In this document: positions 10,569 to 21,072 of the stretch, piece after piece
Layout of the letters: every line of letters starts with the position of its first letter
Numbering within the stretch: position 1 is the stretch's first letter
Assembly: GCA_964486045.1 (NCBI GenBank)
Contig: CAZALK010000004.1
Coordinates: forward strand, 1 to 64,000
DNA length: 64,000 nucleotides
Direction of reading: 5' to 3'
Origin: an uncultured archaeon
GTDB lineage: Archaea > Asgardarchaeota > Lokiarchaeia > Sigyniarchaeales > SOKP01
Notes under the pieces: generated by a model
Database searches by the model: none
What the model was told of the DNA's origin: nothing
Seen by the model: only the letters and a program-made list of their open reading frames with translations
Translations under genes and position numbers: made by a program

Positions 10569-10853
10569 TCATTTATTTTTTGCATTTTCAAAACATTCTC
10601 TACATATATTTAAAACATCATACCCTAAGTCACTTTTATGAATAAATGGAGGTTCTCGAAGATAATTGGAACAGGGGAGATTATCTATGAGAAATTCTTG
10701 ATTTTCAGGGTCCATATTCTTAAGTTTCTCATCTATTTTTAATAAATCCTCCAAATTAATAATCTCGTTGCAATAATAACAGTTGTATCCTAAACTTTTA
10801 TGTATTTTTCTCAAAAAATCACAGAGCTTTTTATCTTTTTGAAGTATCATCAA
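10569..10853 (-). CDS. Small Zn-finger protein
   Basis: CYYC...CREC. Confidence 0.55.
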   Translation of the reverse strand: MMILQKDKKLCDFLRKIHKSLGYNCYYCNEIINLEDLLKIDEKLKNMDPENQEFLIDNLPCSNYLREPPFIHKSDLGYDVLNICRECFENAKNK

Positions 10854-10980
10854 AAAGTTAAATATTAATAATATTTAAACAAAAATTCCTCGAAATTTAA
10901 TAATAAAAATTCCTTAAAAACCAGGCGAAAAAATATTCGCTTATTGTAAAATTTTAATTAAGCTAAAGCTAAATAACTAT

Positions 10981-11640
10981 TTGAAGATGTCAATCAACAA
11001 TTTTATTCGAAAGAAAGGAATTTTTAATATTCTGAAACAGCTTAAAATCGCCCCTCTGAATTATAACTCAATTAAAAAATACACCAATGAATACTTTTCA
11101 GCAAGGACATTAGACTTTAGATTAAAGGATCTTATTGAATTTAAATTAGTCAAGAATAACATTGTAGAACAAGGTAAATTTGTAAAATTTAATTATTCGT
11201 TGACGGGTAAGGGTATAATGATGTTAACATTATTAGAACTGATTGAACAACTAACCCAAGATGACATTAAAATTGATTCCTTCCAAAATTTATTCTCTTT
11301 AAAATTAATGGAAAATAGATGCTCCGAGTTTACCTATGTCTGGGAACAGTTAAAAAAGATAATCCGTGAAAATAGGACAATATATACGCTTAAACAAAAT
11401 AAGCCAAATACAATAATTAAAATGGATGATGTGGGAATAACGGTACAGACCGATAAAGGAGAGAATTTGATCGCAATTCATCAGATTAAGGACGCTTGGA
11501 ATTACTTTATTCGTGAGGGAACGTTGGAATATAATGCCCATGAGAAATCTACATATCGGAGTTCATTCATGCTAGCCTTATTTTCACAACTACCCTTTGT
11601 TAAGGTGGATAAAAGTTCACCTCTTTCATTAAGGATATAA
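10981..11640 (+). CDS. HxlR-type winged-HTH protein with C-terminal domain
   Basis: SARTLDFRLKDLIEFKLV...YSLTGKG HxlR-like wHTH. Confidence 0.7.
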   Translation: MKMSINNFIRKKGIFNILKQLKIAPLNYNSIKKYTNEYFSARTLDFRLKDLIEFKLVKNNIVEQGKFVKFNYSLTGKGIMMLTLLELIEQLTQDDIKIDSFQNLFSLKLMENRCSEFTYVWEQLKKIIRENRTIYTLKQNKPNTIIKMDDVGITVQTDKGENLIAIHQIKDAWNYFIREGTLEYNAHEKSTYRSSFMLALFSQLPFVKVDKSSPLSLRI

Positions 11641-11736
11641 ATTTATCAAGAGAGAATAGGCTTCATTTTAATAACCTCGAATAGTTAAAATTGCTTTTAA
11701 AAAGGATGACTTTATTCTGAGAAAAGAAATTTTGAT

Positions 11737-13002
11737 TTAGCAATTAATATCTTCTTCACTTTCATTCTTTGTGGGGTTAAAAATGTGCCCCGGAACTATT
11801 TCAAGGAGTTTTTTTCTTTCACTTCTAATAAAGCTGATAATTTCTTCTTCAATTAACGCATTTTCACGATCTATAACATCTAAATCGCGATTCTTCATTA
11901 TATTGTAATAATAATATTTCAAATCATTGCGAATTAATGGATGCTCTTTATGTGATAAGCATAACTGGATATGAAATCTGATATTCTCCTCCAAAAAATC
12001 CGTCCATTCGGGAATATTACTTGACTTCTTAATATTTATAGACGGTTCACTCGGATACAAATTCCAAAATCGGTTTATTGGATAATACGACCACGGTAAT
12101 AAGTGATCTATATGATAATCCGTTTTAGATTTGAAGATGTTTCCTGAATAAATACTTTTTTCTGCACCGATTTCTTCATATAAGTCTCGATATTGGGAGA
12201 TCAACAAAGGATCTCGAGATAGATCACTTGAATAAATATAACCTAAAAGTTTATAGAGCAAAATCTCGATATTAGTAGAATTATTTCTCCTGCTCTCACC
12301 TTCCAGACAATAGTTAAACCACCCCCTTAAAATGACATCTCTGGTCCAAAAACGATACCGCGCTAATTCTTGATACGTCAAATCATCAATTACTAATGAC
12401 GTCTTATCATGCTGAAGAATTTCTACCCAGGGTATTGATGACAGTTTTTTCTGTTTTATTGCCTCCTCACTATGCTCATCATATGATGCTTTAAATGGTA
12501 AATCGCTGTTTAATATGCTAAAAAACCGAATTATCTCACCATTAACATTATGTAGAAACTTTAGAGGTTGAGATAGTATTCTTTGCCGTACTTTCCATAG
12601 GAGCTTTACTAAATTTTCTGTCAATGAATCAGGCAGTTCATATTGTCTATTTATCCAAAACACACCCGCTTCTTTTAATGTACTGAATTTTTGATGGATC
12701 TTATCTGTAATATCTCCTCCTGAACGAATTTTTGTCTTAAACTCCTCAATATAATTCAACACCTTTAGAGACTTATCTGTCGCTAAGGAACCTTGATAAA
12801 AGTTATGAAATGAGAAGGGATAATAATAGGAAATGAATTGACGCGCTCAATAGACGATTGGAATGAAATGGAGATTATTAATTGCTTGTTCTGAAGGGTG
12901 TTCTGTAATGTAATCAAAAATAGCAAGCAATGTAGCATATTTATACGATGTGGTTTTCCGCCCGTATTCCAAAATGTTGTTAATGTCGCGAATTAATGTC
13001 AT
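11737..13002 (-). pseudogene. HNH endonuclease interrupted by an in-frame TGA at 12849-12847
   Basis: C-terminal HIDHLLPWS..WNLYPSEPSINIKKS HNH motif. In-frame ATG at 13002 encodes KTTSYKYATLLAI, typical of such HNH N-termini, with a single stop at codon 52. Confidence 0.75.
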
Positions 13003-13040
13003 ATATTACTCAACAATCTTTCACTGTCGACGACTACATT

Positions 13041-14390
13041 TTATTTATTTATGAAAATTTTTACGAACTTTTTACCAATCTGCTTTATACCCGTTTTTAT
13101 TAACTCTTTTTTGTTTATTTTACCATCCTTATAATCTTTCCATGCATATTTGATTTTTTCAAATTCGTTTGCTAAATGAGATTTTAAAAATTCTTCGATA
13201 TCTTCTGTCTTATCAAAAATATCCTCAATATAAGAGGTATAGTAAGAAATAAGCTCAGTATCATCTTTTATATCATGCAACACATCAACAGTCGCAAGAG
13301 CTATATCAATCAATGGATTTTCTTCGATAAATAGGATTGCATTTTTTCGAATCTTAGCCTTAATTTGACCTGAAAAGATTAATTCTTCAATTAATTCTTC
13401 TAGGTCATGAAGTTTAATCCCCGTTTTTGATTGAATTTTTGAAAAGCTTAACTCCTCGAAAACAGAAGACGCTTTTATAATGTATTCAATTGTAGAATTT
13501 TTAATTTCTTTACCTTTATTTTCATCGATTCTTTTATTTTTTATGAAATCTAATAAAGCAACAGCATTCTCGGGATTTTTTATTCCTACTTCTCTAAAAA
13601 GTTCCTTGGGAATTAGTGTTCCCGCTAAATTTAAAGCAGTTAAATTCTCAAAATGTTCTAAACCTTCTAATGAGTTAATAGGGTTATAACCTAGAACTAA
13701 ATCTTCTAAATCACCTAATTTTTCTAAACCCTTTATCTTTTTTATATTGTTCTTATAAAGATTTAAGGATATTAAGGAAGTAAGGTGATCCAATCCCTCA
13801 ATTTCTTCAATATTGTTTTCATTAAGAATTAAATATCTTAAATATTTTACCTTATCAAGCCCTTTAATATCGGTTATCCTTTTAATGCCTAAACCGGATA
13901 ATTGTAGTACTCCTTTCCTATTAACTTCATAAGTTTCGCCTTTATATTCTACAAGGGGTAGCCCTTTTTTTTTTATTTCCTCATCAAACCTTTTATCTTT
14001 AAGATATTTATCATGAAGTTTGATTAATGATTGCTTAACTAGTTTGATTTGTTCTATTCCTTGAATTGTAGCAGTATAATTAACATTTTCATTTTTGTTT
14101 TTTTGAGTAATTCTGAAATCATAATTATACGATTTAGTTGTATCTTTTACATAGCTTCTGTGAAATCTTATATATTCATTTAACCCAATGTACTTTTCAC
14201 TTTCTCTTACATCTTTAATCAGACTTAATTCATTTATTAGTTTAATTATTTTCTCATAATCCTCAAAATCTAGTTTTACGTGACCTCCTCCTGAATAAAT
14301 TTCAAATTCAGGAATATTGCGAGTCCTCTCCTGAAGCATTATGATTAACCTTGGATCATTGAATCTTATTTCATATCGATTAGCGCCCAT
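13041..14390 (-). CDS. SDS22-like LRR protein with PCI-like winged-helix domain
   Basis: LxxLxLxxNxIxxIEGL repeats; FEELSFSKIQSKTGI..LEELIEELIFSGQIKAKIR resembles a PCI wH. Confidence 0.8.
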   Translation of the reverse strand: MGANRYEIRFNDPRLIIMLQERTRNIPEFEIYSGGGHVKLDFEDYEKIIKLINELSLIKDVRESEKYIGLNEYIRFHRSYVKDTTKSYNYDFRITQKNKNENVNYTATIQGIEQIKLVKQSLIKLHDKYLKDKRFDEEIKKKGLPLVEYKGETYEVNRKGVLQLSGLGIKRITDIKGLDKVKYLRYLILNENNIEEIEGLDHLTSLISLNLYKNNIKKIKGLEKLGDLEDLVLGYNPINSLEGLEHFENLTALNLAGTLIPKELFREVGIKNPENAVALLDFIKNKRIDENKGKEIKNSTIEYIIKASSVFEELSFSKIQSKTGIKLHDLEELIEELIFSGQIKAKIRKNAILFIEENPLIDIALATVDVLHDIKDDTELISYYTSYIEDIFDKTEDIEEFLKSHLANEFEKIKYAWKDYKDGKINKKELIKTGIKQIGKKFVKIFINK

Positions 14391-14562
14391 TTTTTATTCC
14401 CTATTTAAAATATATTCCAAATATTTTATATTTTATCACTTGATAAATTTACCAAAACTATAAAGTTTTCACATAACTCCTGCTCAATTAAAAATCAGTA
14501 ATAATTATTTATTTTGAAAATGTATAAATATTATAAGAATTCATAAAGATGAGTGAACCAAA

Positions 14563-15646
14563 ATGAGTAAGTTAGCTTTTAATGATGAACCCGAATTAGA
14601 ATCATTTGTTTTTAAAAATCTTGATAAGTACTTCAGTAAAGACAGGATATTTATTGGCGATAAGAAAAAAATCATAAATCAAAATGGGCAAAGATACTAT
14701 TCCTGACGCTATTTTACTTGATATTGAAAACTCTAAGGTATGTCTTATTGAAAATGAGTTGATCCAGCATGGAGTGTTTGAGCATATAGTTAAGCAAATT
14801 ATTCGATTTGTTGTAGTTTATCAGAATGAGGAATCTAAAAGGAAGTTAATCGATCTCTTTTTTAATGTTATTAAACAAAATAAAGAAATGTATCTTGAGA
14901 TCTTTAAAAAATACTACTCAGATATTGAAGAAATCGAGATTCACGAACAATTAGAAAAAATTTTCGATGACTTTCCGGAATTATATATTTTTATTGATAA
15001 ACTAGATTCCGATTTGGAAGATTTTTGCTTAATATTAAAAAACAGTATTGAAATTAAAGCTGTCGAAGTTTTTAAGTTTGAATCTGATGGTAAGATAGTT
15101 TATGCATTTAATGACGAAGAATACATGTTTTCAAGAGAAGAAATTAAACCAATTAAGGAATCTAAAGCTTCTGAGAGATATCATATTATCTTTCATGAAT
15201 TGATTGAAAGATTTAAAGAATTAAAACCAGAATCAACGAAAAGGGGTACTACATCCGATTCATGGTTAACTATTCCTATAGGTACGACGGGATTCCATTT
15301 AGAATGGTTATTTAGGGGAAGGGAGCCTGAAAAAGAACTTTCTGTTGGATTACACCTTGAAAATGAAAATCCTGAGATAAATCATAAAATATACAATTTC
15401 TTTTTTGAAAAGAAAAATGAAATAGATGCTTTATTTGAAGAGACTGTTACCTATAATGAAAAATGGGTTAAGGGGGGAGATTGGTCTATTATATTTATAT
15501 CTAGGTATATTGGAACATTAGATAATTTCTTCAATGATGAGAAACTAAAAAAATGGGCACTGAATAGTATGCTTAAATTTTATAATTACTACATGGAATA
15601 TCTTGATGAAGTTAAGAGCATAATTAATGAAGTAAAATCTTATTAA
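14563..15646 (+). pseudogene. PD-(D/E)xK (NucS-like) nuclease with DUF4268-like C-terminus, frameshifted near 14680
   Basis: Upstream frame MSKLAFNDEPELESFVFKNL (ATG 14563) is offset by one base from the frame IPDAILLD..LIENEL..KQIIRF. The C-terminal domain resembles that of 43772-46327. Confidence 0.65.
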
Positions 15647-15655
15647 GTATTAATA

Positions 15656-16072
15656 TTGAAAATTTCACTCATAATGAAAATATATATATCCCACTGCTCA
15701 GCAAAAAAAGAAGAATCTTTAAAATATTCAAAAGAGGAAGTGTATCCTTTTAAACTATATACTGCAACTCCACTAAAACGATTCATGAAAGAATGTCAAC
15801 AGAAACAGGTCGATTGGGCGATCCTTTCAGATTTCTATGGTATATGGTTTCCAAATGAAAAGTATATTTGGTACGAGAAATCCCCAAATAAAGTATCAAA
15901 GGAAGAATTCAATCTTTTATTAGATAATTTAAATAAGAGATTAAGTATATATAATGAGATTTGGTTTTACTATAATCCTGGGAGATTTCATCAATTATAT
16001 AAAAAAATATTGAATCATACAAAATTAAAAAATAGAATAAAAATGTTTACCCATCTTAGAGAAATTCAATAA
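15656..16072 (+). CDS. DUF6884-like protein
   Basis: IYISHCSAKK..PFKLY..WAILSDFYGI.FP..I.WYE, similar to 8667-9104. Confidence 0.6.
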   Translation: MKISLIMKIYISHCSAKKEESLKYSKEEVYPFKLYTATPLKRFMKECQQKQVDWAILSDFYGIWFPNEKYIWYEKSPNKVSKEEFNLLLDNLNKRLSIYNEIWFYYNPGRFHQLYKKILNHTKLKNRIKMFTHLREIQ

Positions 16073-16265
16073 ATATCAAATTAAAAATTACTATATTCAT
16101 AAAAGACTCGTATGAAACCTTATATATGTAGAAAATAATTAATTTAATATAATTTTGAAGCATTAGGCGGAAATATGAAGAAATTATCAGTGCTATCTCA
16201 AAAAATTGAAGCACTTTCAAAATCAATGGAAATGACAAAAGATATCTTTGTAGACTAACCTCTTT

Positions 16266-16532
16266 TTGAATTTTTTTGTAAAGCCGACCGCGAAGGATAA
16301 AGTTGTATCCATGTTCTTGTCCGGAAATAAAGAAGACTTATTGGATAATTATAAAAAGACAATCTCAGACTTCGGGCACTATAACTTCTTCTTCGCGTTT
16401 AAACGGCATCTGGTACATTTAGGTGTCTTAAGCCAAGAAAATAGGACTTTTTATAAGAAAACTGAAGAACTTGATATTGAAAATGATGTCTGGATTCTGG
16501 GAAAAGATATCTTGATATTAAAATTAAGATAA
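16266..16532 (+). pseudogene. Probable gene fragment, function unknown
   Basis: Short ORF with TTG start and protein-like composition; appears 5'-truncated. Confidence 0.35.
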
Positions 16533-16690
16533 ATGGTAATGAAGGGGGAAAATTGCCTGATAATCACACCTAAATAATTACAAAACCATCTCATTTAGAA
16601 GTAATTTTTTACTAATATCAAGGGTGAGTGTAAGTTTGTCGTAACATATTTGTAACTTAACTTATTACACATTCATTTTTTTAAAAATGT

Positions 16691-17596
16691 ATGTGCTCAA
16701 AATTTTGGCGAGATAATAGTAAAACTATTGATATTGCTCAAGCAAAAAATTCTTTTATAGAAGATTTTAAATATATAATTTCTTTAGGTTTCATGCCTAG
16801 TCACCGCTCACATAATACTGGTATTGGAAAAACTTTTGAAGATTTGATAGAAGTAGAAGAAAACAATTTATCAGTCGCAGACTATATGGGTCATATTGAA
16901 TTAAAATCTCAAAGAGACTATACTAGTAGTATGATCTCCCTATTCACAAAAAGTCCAAGTTATCCTCCAAATGCAAATACTACACTACGAGAAAATTTTG
17001 GCTACCCCGATGTAGAATCGGGTTATAATATCATACATACAACAATAAAATATTCAAAATTCAATAATTTCAAGAATGAATGGGGATTTAAGCTTAAAAT
17101 TGACGTAAACAAACAAAGGCTTTATTTATTAATAAAGGAGCTTAAAACTAACAAGTTACAAAAATTGAGCCCATACTGGAATTTCGATGATCTAAATAAC
17201 AAAATAATTACTAAATGCTCAATGATTGCATATATTACTGCCGAGACAAAAATCGTTGATAATGTTGAGAATTTTCATTTCAACAAAGCAATTTTATTAA
17301 CAGGATTAACCCTAGAGAAATTTCTTGAAGCTATCAAAAAAGATTTGATTCTATTTGATATTCGAATTGGAGTCTACCGTTCTGGGAAATCAAAAGGTAA
17401 AAGCCATGATCATGGTAGTGGATTTAGGACAAAGAGGAGAGATTTATCAAATATCTTTGATATTGAAGAAATTGAAATAAAAGAAAGTGAGAAATTTCGA
17501 GGAGTAAAACATAATGAGAAAAAAATTGATGATTCAATAAGAAAAAGAGAAGAAGATTCTTCCCAAAAAAAAATAACAGGTTTTAAAAATTTCTAA
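16691..17596 (+). CDS. MvaI/BcnI-family type II restriction endonuclease
   Basis: NTGIGKTFED..EENN...D...IELKSQR...SLFTKSP and C-terminal HDHGSGFR. Confidence 0.85.
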   Translation: MCSKFWRDNSKTIDIAQAKNSFIEDFKYIISLGFMPSHRSHNTGIGKTFEDLIEVEENNLSVADYMGHIELKSQRDYTSSMISLFTKSPSYPPNANTTLRENFGYPDVESGYNIIHTTIKYSKFNNFKNEWGFKLKIDVNKQRLYLLIKELKTNKLQKLSPYWNFDDLNNKIITKCSMIAYITAETKIVDNVENFHFNKAILLTGLTLEKFLEAIKKDLILFDIRIGVYRSGKSKGKSHDHGSGFRTKRRDLSNIFDIEEIEIKESEKFRGVKHNEKKIDDSIRKREEDSSQKKITGFKNF

Positions 17597-17597
17597 T

Positions 17598-17858
17598 TCA
17601 TTTTTTAAACTCCCTAACTAGTGATATTCCTAATTCTGTTAAAGAATAGAGTTTTCCTCTATATAGTTTAGGCGTCAAACAAATAACAAGTTTTTTATCA
17701 GTTAATTCCTTTAAAGTATGGCTAATGTGAGACATGTAAAGCCCTGTCTCATCTTTTAATTCTTTTGGCGTTTTCTTACCTTCATCTAAAGCAATTAAAA
17801 CTTTTTGACGATATTGACTTGCTTTTATAAAACCTAGAAGATTCCAATCCATTGTCAT
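17598..17858 (-). CDS. Small winged-HTH transcription regulator associated with RM locus
   Basis: ASQYRQKVLIAL..KTPKEL..SHISHTLKEL..YSLTELG. Confidence 0.85.
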   Translation of the reverse strand: MTMDWNLLGFIKASQYRQKVLIALDEGKKTPKELKDETGLYMSHISHTLKELTDKKLVICLTPKLYRGKLYSLTELGISLVREFKK

Positions 17859-18158
17859 ATTTTTTAGTTTTATTACTAAGTTGTAATAAACTTTATATAA
17901 GATTTATTACAGTATAGTTACAAAATAATTACAATAGAAAATTAATGATATTAAAAGAATTAAAAATCCTAAATTGAATGAAATTCACAAAAATAAAGGG
18001 GTTATTATCTAAAATAAATAACAAGGGTTTTTACATCATTATTAAGTCATTGATTTTGAAATTATTTAAACAATTTTCTTTATATTTATACAGAATAATA
18101 GAAATGAATAATATTAAAAAATAAATCTAAAAATGAATTAATTGCATCTGGTTAAATA

Positions 18159-19817
18159 ATGGAGAAAAAGATCGATTATTATCTTTACAAAAATTCTGAT
18201 GATAAAAATTCCAAGAAATATGTAGATATTAATCGTAGTTTAAGTAATTTTAATGAAGATGATTGGACTTTTAAAACCGCTAATACAAAAGAATTAACCC
18301 ACTCAATATTTAATGATTATCCTGCTCGTATGATCCCCCAAATTGCGCGTAGATTAATAAGTTTGTATTACCCTAAATATAGGGATCCAAACAAGAAAAA
18401 ACCAATATTAGATCCATTTGCGGGTTCAGGAACAACGTGTGTAGAAGCAATGATAAGTGATATTGAATCAGTTGCTTTTGATCTCAATCCTCTTTCCCAA
18501 TTAATAACAAAAGTAAGAACAACAATAATTTCTTATGAAAAACTAAGAAAAAATTTCTTAAAATTTACAAAATTACTTGAAAAAAATCAAGATAAAATTT
18601 ATAAACAATATTTTCCTGATGATCCTAATTTAGATTATTGGTATAATGAGAAAGTCTTACAAAAACTATCTGTACTTTGTTATGTAATTGATGAATTATT
18701 CCCTAAAGAGGACGATCTTGATTTAAAATGTGTTAGAAATATTTTTCTATTGTGCTTAGCAAAAGTAGGAAGAATTTGTTCCTATCAACGTAGTGGAGAG
18801 CATAAATCTTACCGTATCCCTAAAAGTAAAATTTCTGATTTTGATAAAAATGTCGAACCACTTAGCCATTTTAAAAGGATTTTTAAGACTTACGTTCATT
18901 CTTTGGGGGATTTATTTGATTTATACAACAGCAACAATATTTCGGTATCCTGCAGAACAATTTTAGGGAATTCTATGGAATTAAATGGAATCGATGAAAA
19001 TTCTATTGATCTCATTATTACCAGTCCCCCATATGGGGATAGTCATACTACGGTTGCATATGGACAATTTTCAAGATTCCCTCTTGAATGGACTCAATCT
19101 AAATATAGCAAAATTAAAAATATTGATAGTAGTTTGCTTGGGGGAATAAAGAAGAATTTTAATTTTGTAGAGTCTTCACAGCTTTTGAATATTTCAAAAA
19201 AGATCTTAATTGAGGAAATGCAGCAACAAAATAATATTCTGACTCCTACAATTGAAAATATTAAAAATTACCTCAAAGCCGATTCAAACCTTGAGTTAAT
19301 CAATGCCTTACTATTATCCATAAATAGAATAATTAAATTTGAAAAAAAGGTTAGCAAAATCGACAATTTTAAAGAACTCGTTAAATTAAAAGATTATTAT
19401 TTCAGTGAAATTAAAAAAATTCGCAAATCTTTATTAGATATTAGAAATAAATTGAAAACTAGCGATAACGATTTAAAGTTTTTCAGATTAAAAGTCCTCG
19501 ATGAGCGATTACCGTTTGTCCTAGCTTTTTTTTCAGATTTGTATAATGTTCTAAAACGCTTATACTATGTTTTAGATTTTAATAGAAAATGTTGTATAGT
19601 TATTGGAAATAGAACTGTAAAACGAATAAAAATCCCTTCCGATGAAATAATAGTAGAAATAGGCAAGATCATGGGTTTTGAGCATATAAAGTCATATTAT
19701 AGAGAAATCCCTAATAAAAGGATGCCAAGAAAGAATTCTCCTACAAATATTAAAGGTGAAATCTTATCAACGATGAATTCGGAAACAATCATTATTCTAA
19801 ATAAACCAAAGCAATAA
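18159..19817 (+). CDS. DNA amino-methyltransferase (likely N4-cytosine) with internal helical insertion
   Basis: YPARMIPQIAR, ILDPFAGSGTT (motif I), IITSPPYGDS (motif IV), IVIGNRTV. Confidence 0.9.
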   Translation: MEKKIDYYLYKNSDDKNSKKYVDINRSLSNFNEDDWTFKTANTKELTHSIFNDYPARMIPQIARRLISLYYPKYRDPNKKKPILDPFAGSGTTCVEAMISDIESVAFDLNPLSQLITKVRTTIISYEKLRKNFLKFTKLLEKNQDKIYKQYFPDDPNLDYWYNEKVLQKLSVLCYVIDELFPKEDDLDLKCVRNIFLLCLAKVGRICSYQRSGEHKSYRIPKSKISDFDKNVEPLSHFKRIFKTYVHSLGDLFDLYNSNNISVSCRTILGNSMELNGIDENSIDLIITSPPYGDSHTTVAYGQFSRFPLEWTQSKYSKIKNIDSSLLGGIKKNFNFVESSQLLNISKKILIEEMQQQNNILTPTIENIKNYLKADSNLELINALLLSINRIIKFEKKVSKIDNFKELVKLKDYYFSEIKKIRKSLLDIRNKLKTSDNDLKFFRLKVLDERLPFVLAFFSDLYNVLKRLYYVLDFNRKCCIVIGNRTVKRIKIPSDEIIVEIGKIMGFEHIKSYYREIPNKRMPRKNSPTNIKGEILSTMNSETIIILNKPKQ

Positions 19818-19900
19818 TACCCTCTTCTCCTTAATAAATGCTTTTTGATAATTTTTAAAAATATCGGAGCTTTTAATCTTCTTCTTATAAATTAATTTAT

Positions 19901-20854
19901 ATGAGAATTAAGTTATCAGACTTGGAAAAAAATACTAGTGAAGATATTAGAATAGGAAGCTTAAAGAATTTTAATGAAACTAGAAATGAATTGGACAAAT
20001 TTGATTATAGGAACAAATTAAATGAATTATCAATGAAGGAATGGATACAACATACTAAAAGTATTCATAGTTTTAATAATAAAGTAAAAATGGACTCATT
20101 TAAGTCATACCATCCTGCACCCTTTGAAGAGGAACTTCCTTTTTATTATATCGAGTTTTTCTCCAGAAAAAATGAAATAGTATTTGATCCTTTTATGGGG
20201 ACGGGAACAAGTTGTATCGTTTCCAACTTACTTGGAAGACGGAGTATTGGTGTTGAAATTAATCAAAATTTTGTTAAGTTAGCTAAAAAAAGATTTCTGA
20301 TTAATAGATTAAACTCAAATAGGCATAGAATTTTTGAAGGTGATTGCTATAATCTTCTGAAAAGTGGTGAGATTGATTCATACTTAGCTAAAATGAATGA
20401 GAAAATCTCATTTACAATTACTTCTCCTCCTTATCATGACATTTTAAAATATAACTATAATAAAAAAAATGTAGGGATTCCTTTTTATAGAAACTATGGT
20501 AACCAAACTGAGAACTTAGAAAATATAGAAAACTACTCTGAATTTTTAGACCAATTAACAAATATCTTTAAAGATGTATATAAAATAATGCGGGATAAGA
20601 GTTATTTGGTAATAAATGTAAAAAATTATTATAGAAAAGTTAGATATAAAAATGGACGAGTCTCTCAAGAAATACTATTTTTTGCTTGGGATTTAGCAAA
20701 ATCTGTTTCGAATACAAGATGGATACCTTGTGGTGAACAAATATGGGCGAATCCTAACAAAGAAATTTTTCCTTTCGGATATCCTTTCGTGTATTTGGCA
20801 AATATTACACATAGTTATAATTTGATTTTTTATAAAGACATTTCAAAAAAATGA
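19901..20854 (+). CDS. Second DNA amino-methyltransferase (N4-C/N6-A)
   Basis: HPAPF, VFDPFMGTGTS, TITSPPY. Confidence 0.9.
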   Translation: MRIKLSDLEKNTSEDIRIGSLKNFNETRNELDKFDYRNKLNELSMKEWIQHTKSIHSFNNKVKMDSFKSYHPAPFEEELPFYYIEFFSRKNEIVFDPFMGTGTSCIVSNLLGRRSIGVEINQNFVKLAKKRFLINRLNSNRHRIFEGDCYNLLKSGEIDSYLAKMNEKISFTITSPPYHDILKYNYNKKNVGIPFYRNYGNQTENLENIENYSEFLDQLTNIFKDVYKIMRDKSYLVINVKNYYRKVRYKNGRVSQEILFFAWDLAKSVSNTRWIPCGEQIWANPNKEIFPFGYPFVYLANITHSYNLIFYKDISKK

Positions 20855-20873
20855 TATTTCGAATTTTTATAAA

Positions 20874-20886
20874 CGTGAAATAACCG
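20874..20886 (+). repeat. Half site CGTGAAA-TAACCG (leftmost copy seen)
   Basis: Exact; between convergent genes. Confidence 0.95.
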
Positions 20887-21072
20887 ACTAATGAGATAAA
20901 TCTCATAATTTTTATTTCACAGCATTACCCAATACGGGAAATTAGGATCTGGAATTATTCCTTCTTCAAGAATTTCAAATCTAAAAGCAACAGGAAAAGA
21001 TTATTATGAATTAAATTGATGTCGTTCTAGGGAATTTGTTTCCATATAAGCACTTTTTAAAAGAGCCCAATT

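Noticed and set aside
12847-12849. Selenocysteine recoding of the in-frame TGA in the HNH gene
   Set aside because: The context (IVY*ARQF) looks like a hydrophobic helix position rather than a Cys site, and no SECIS was identified; nonsense mutation or error is simpler.
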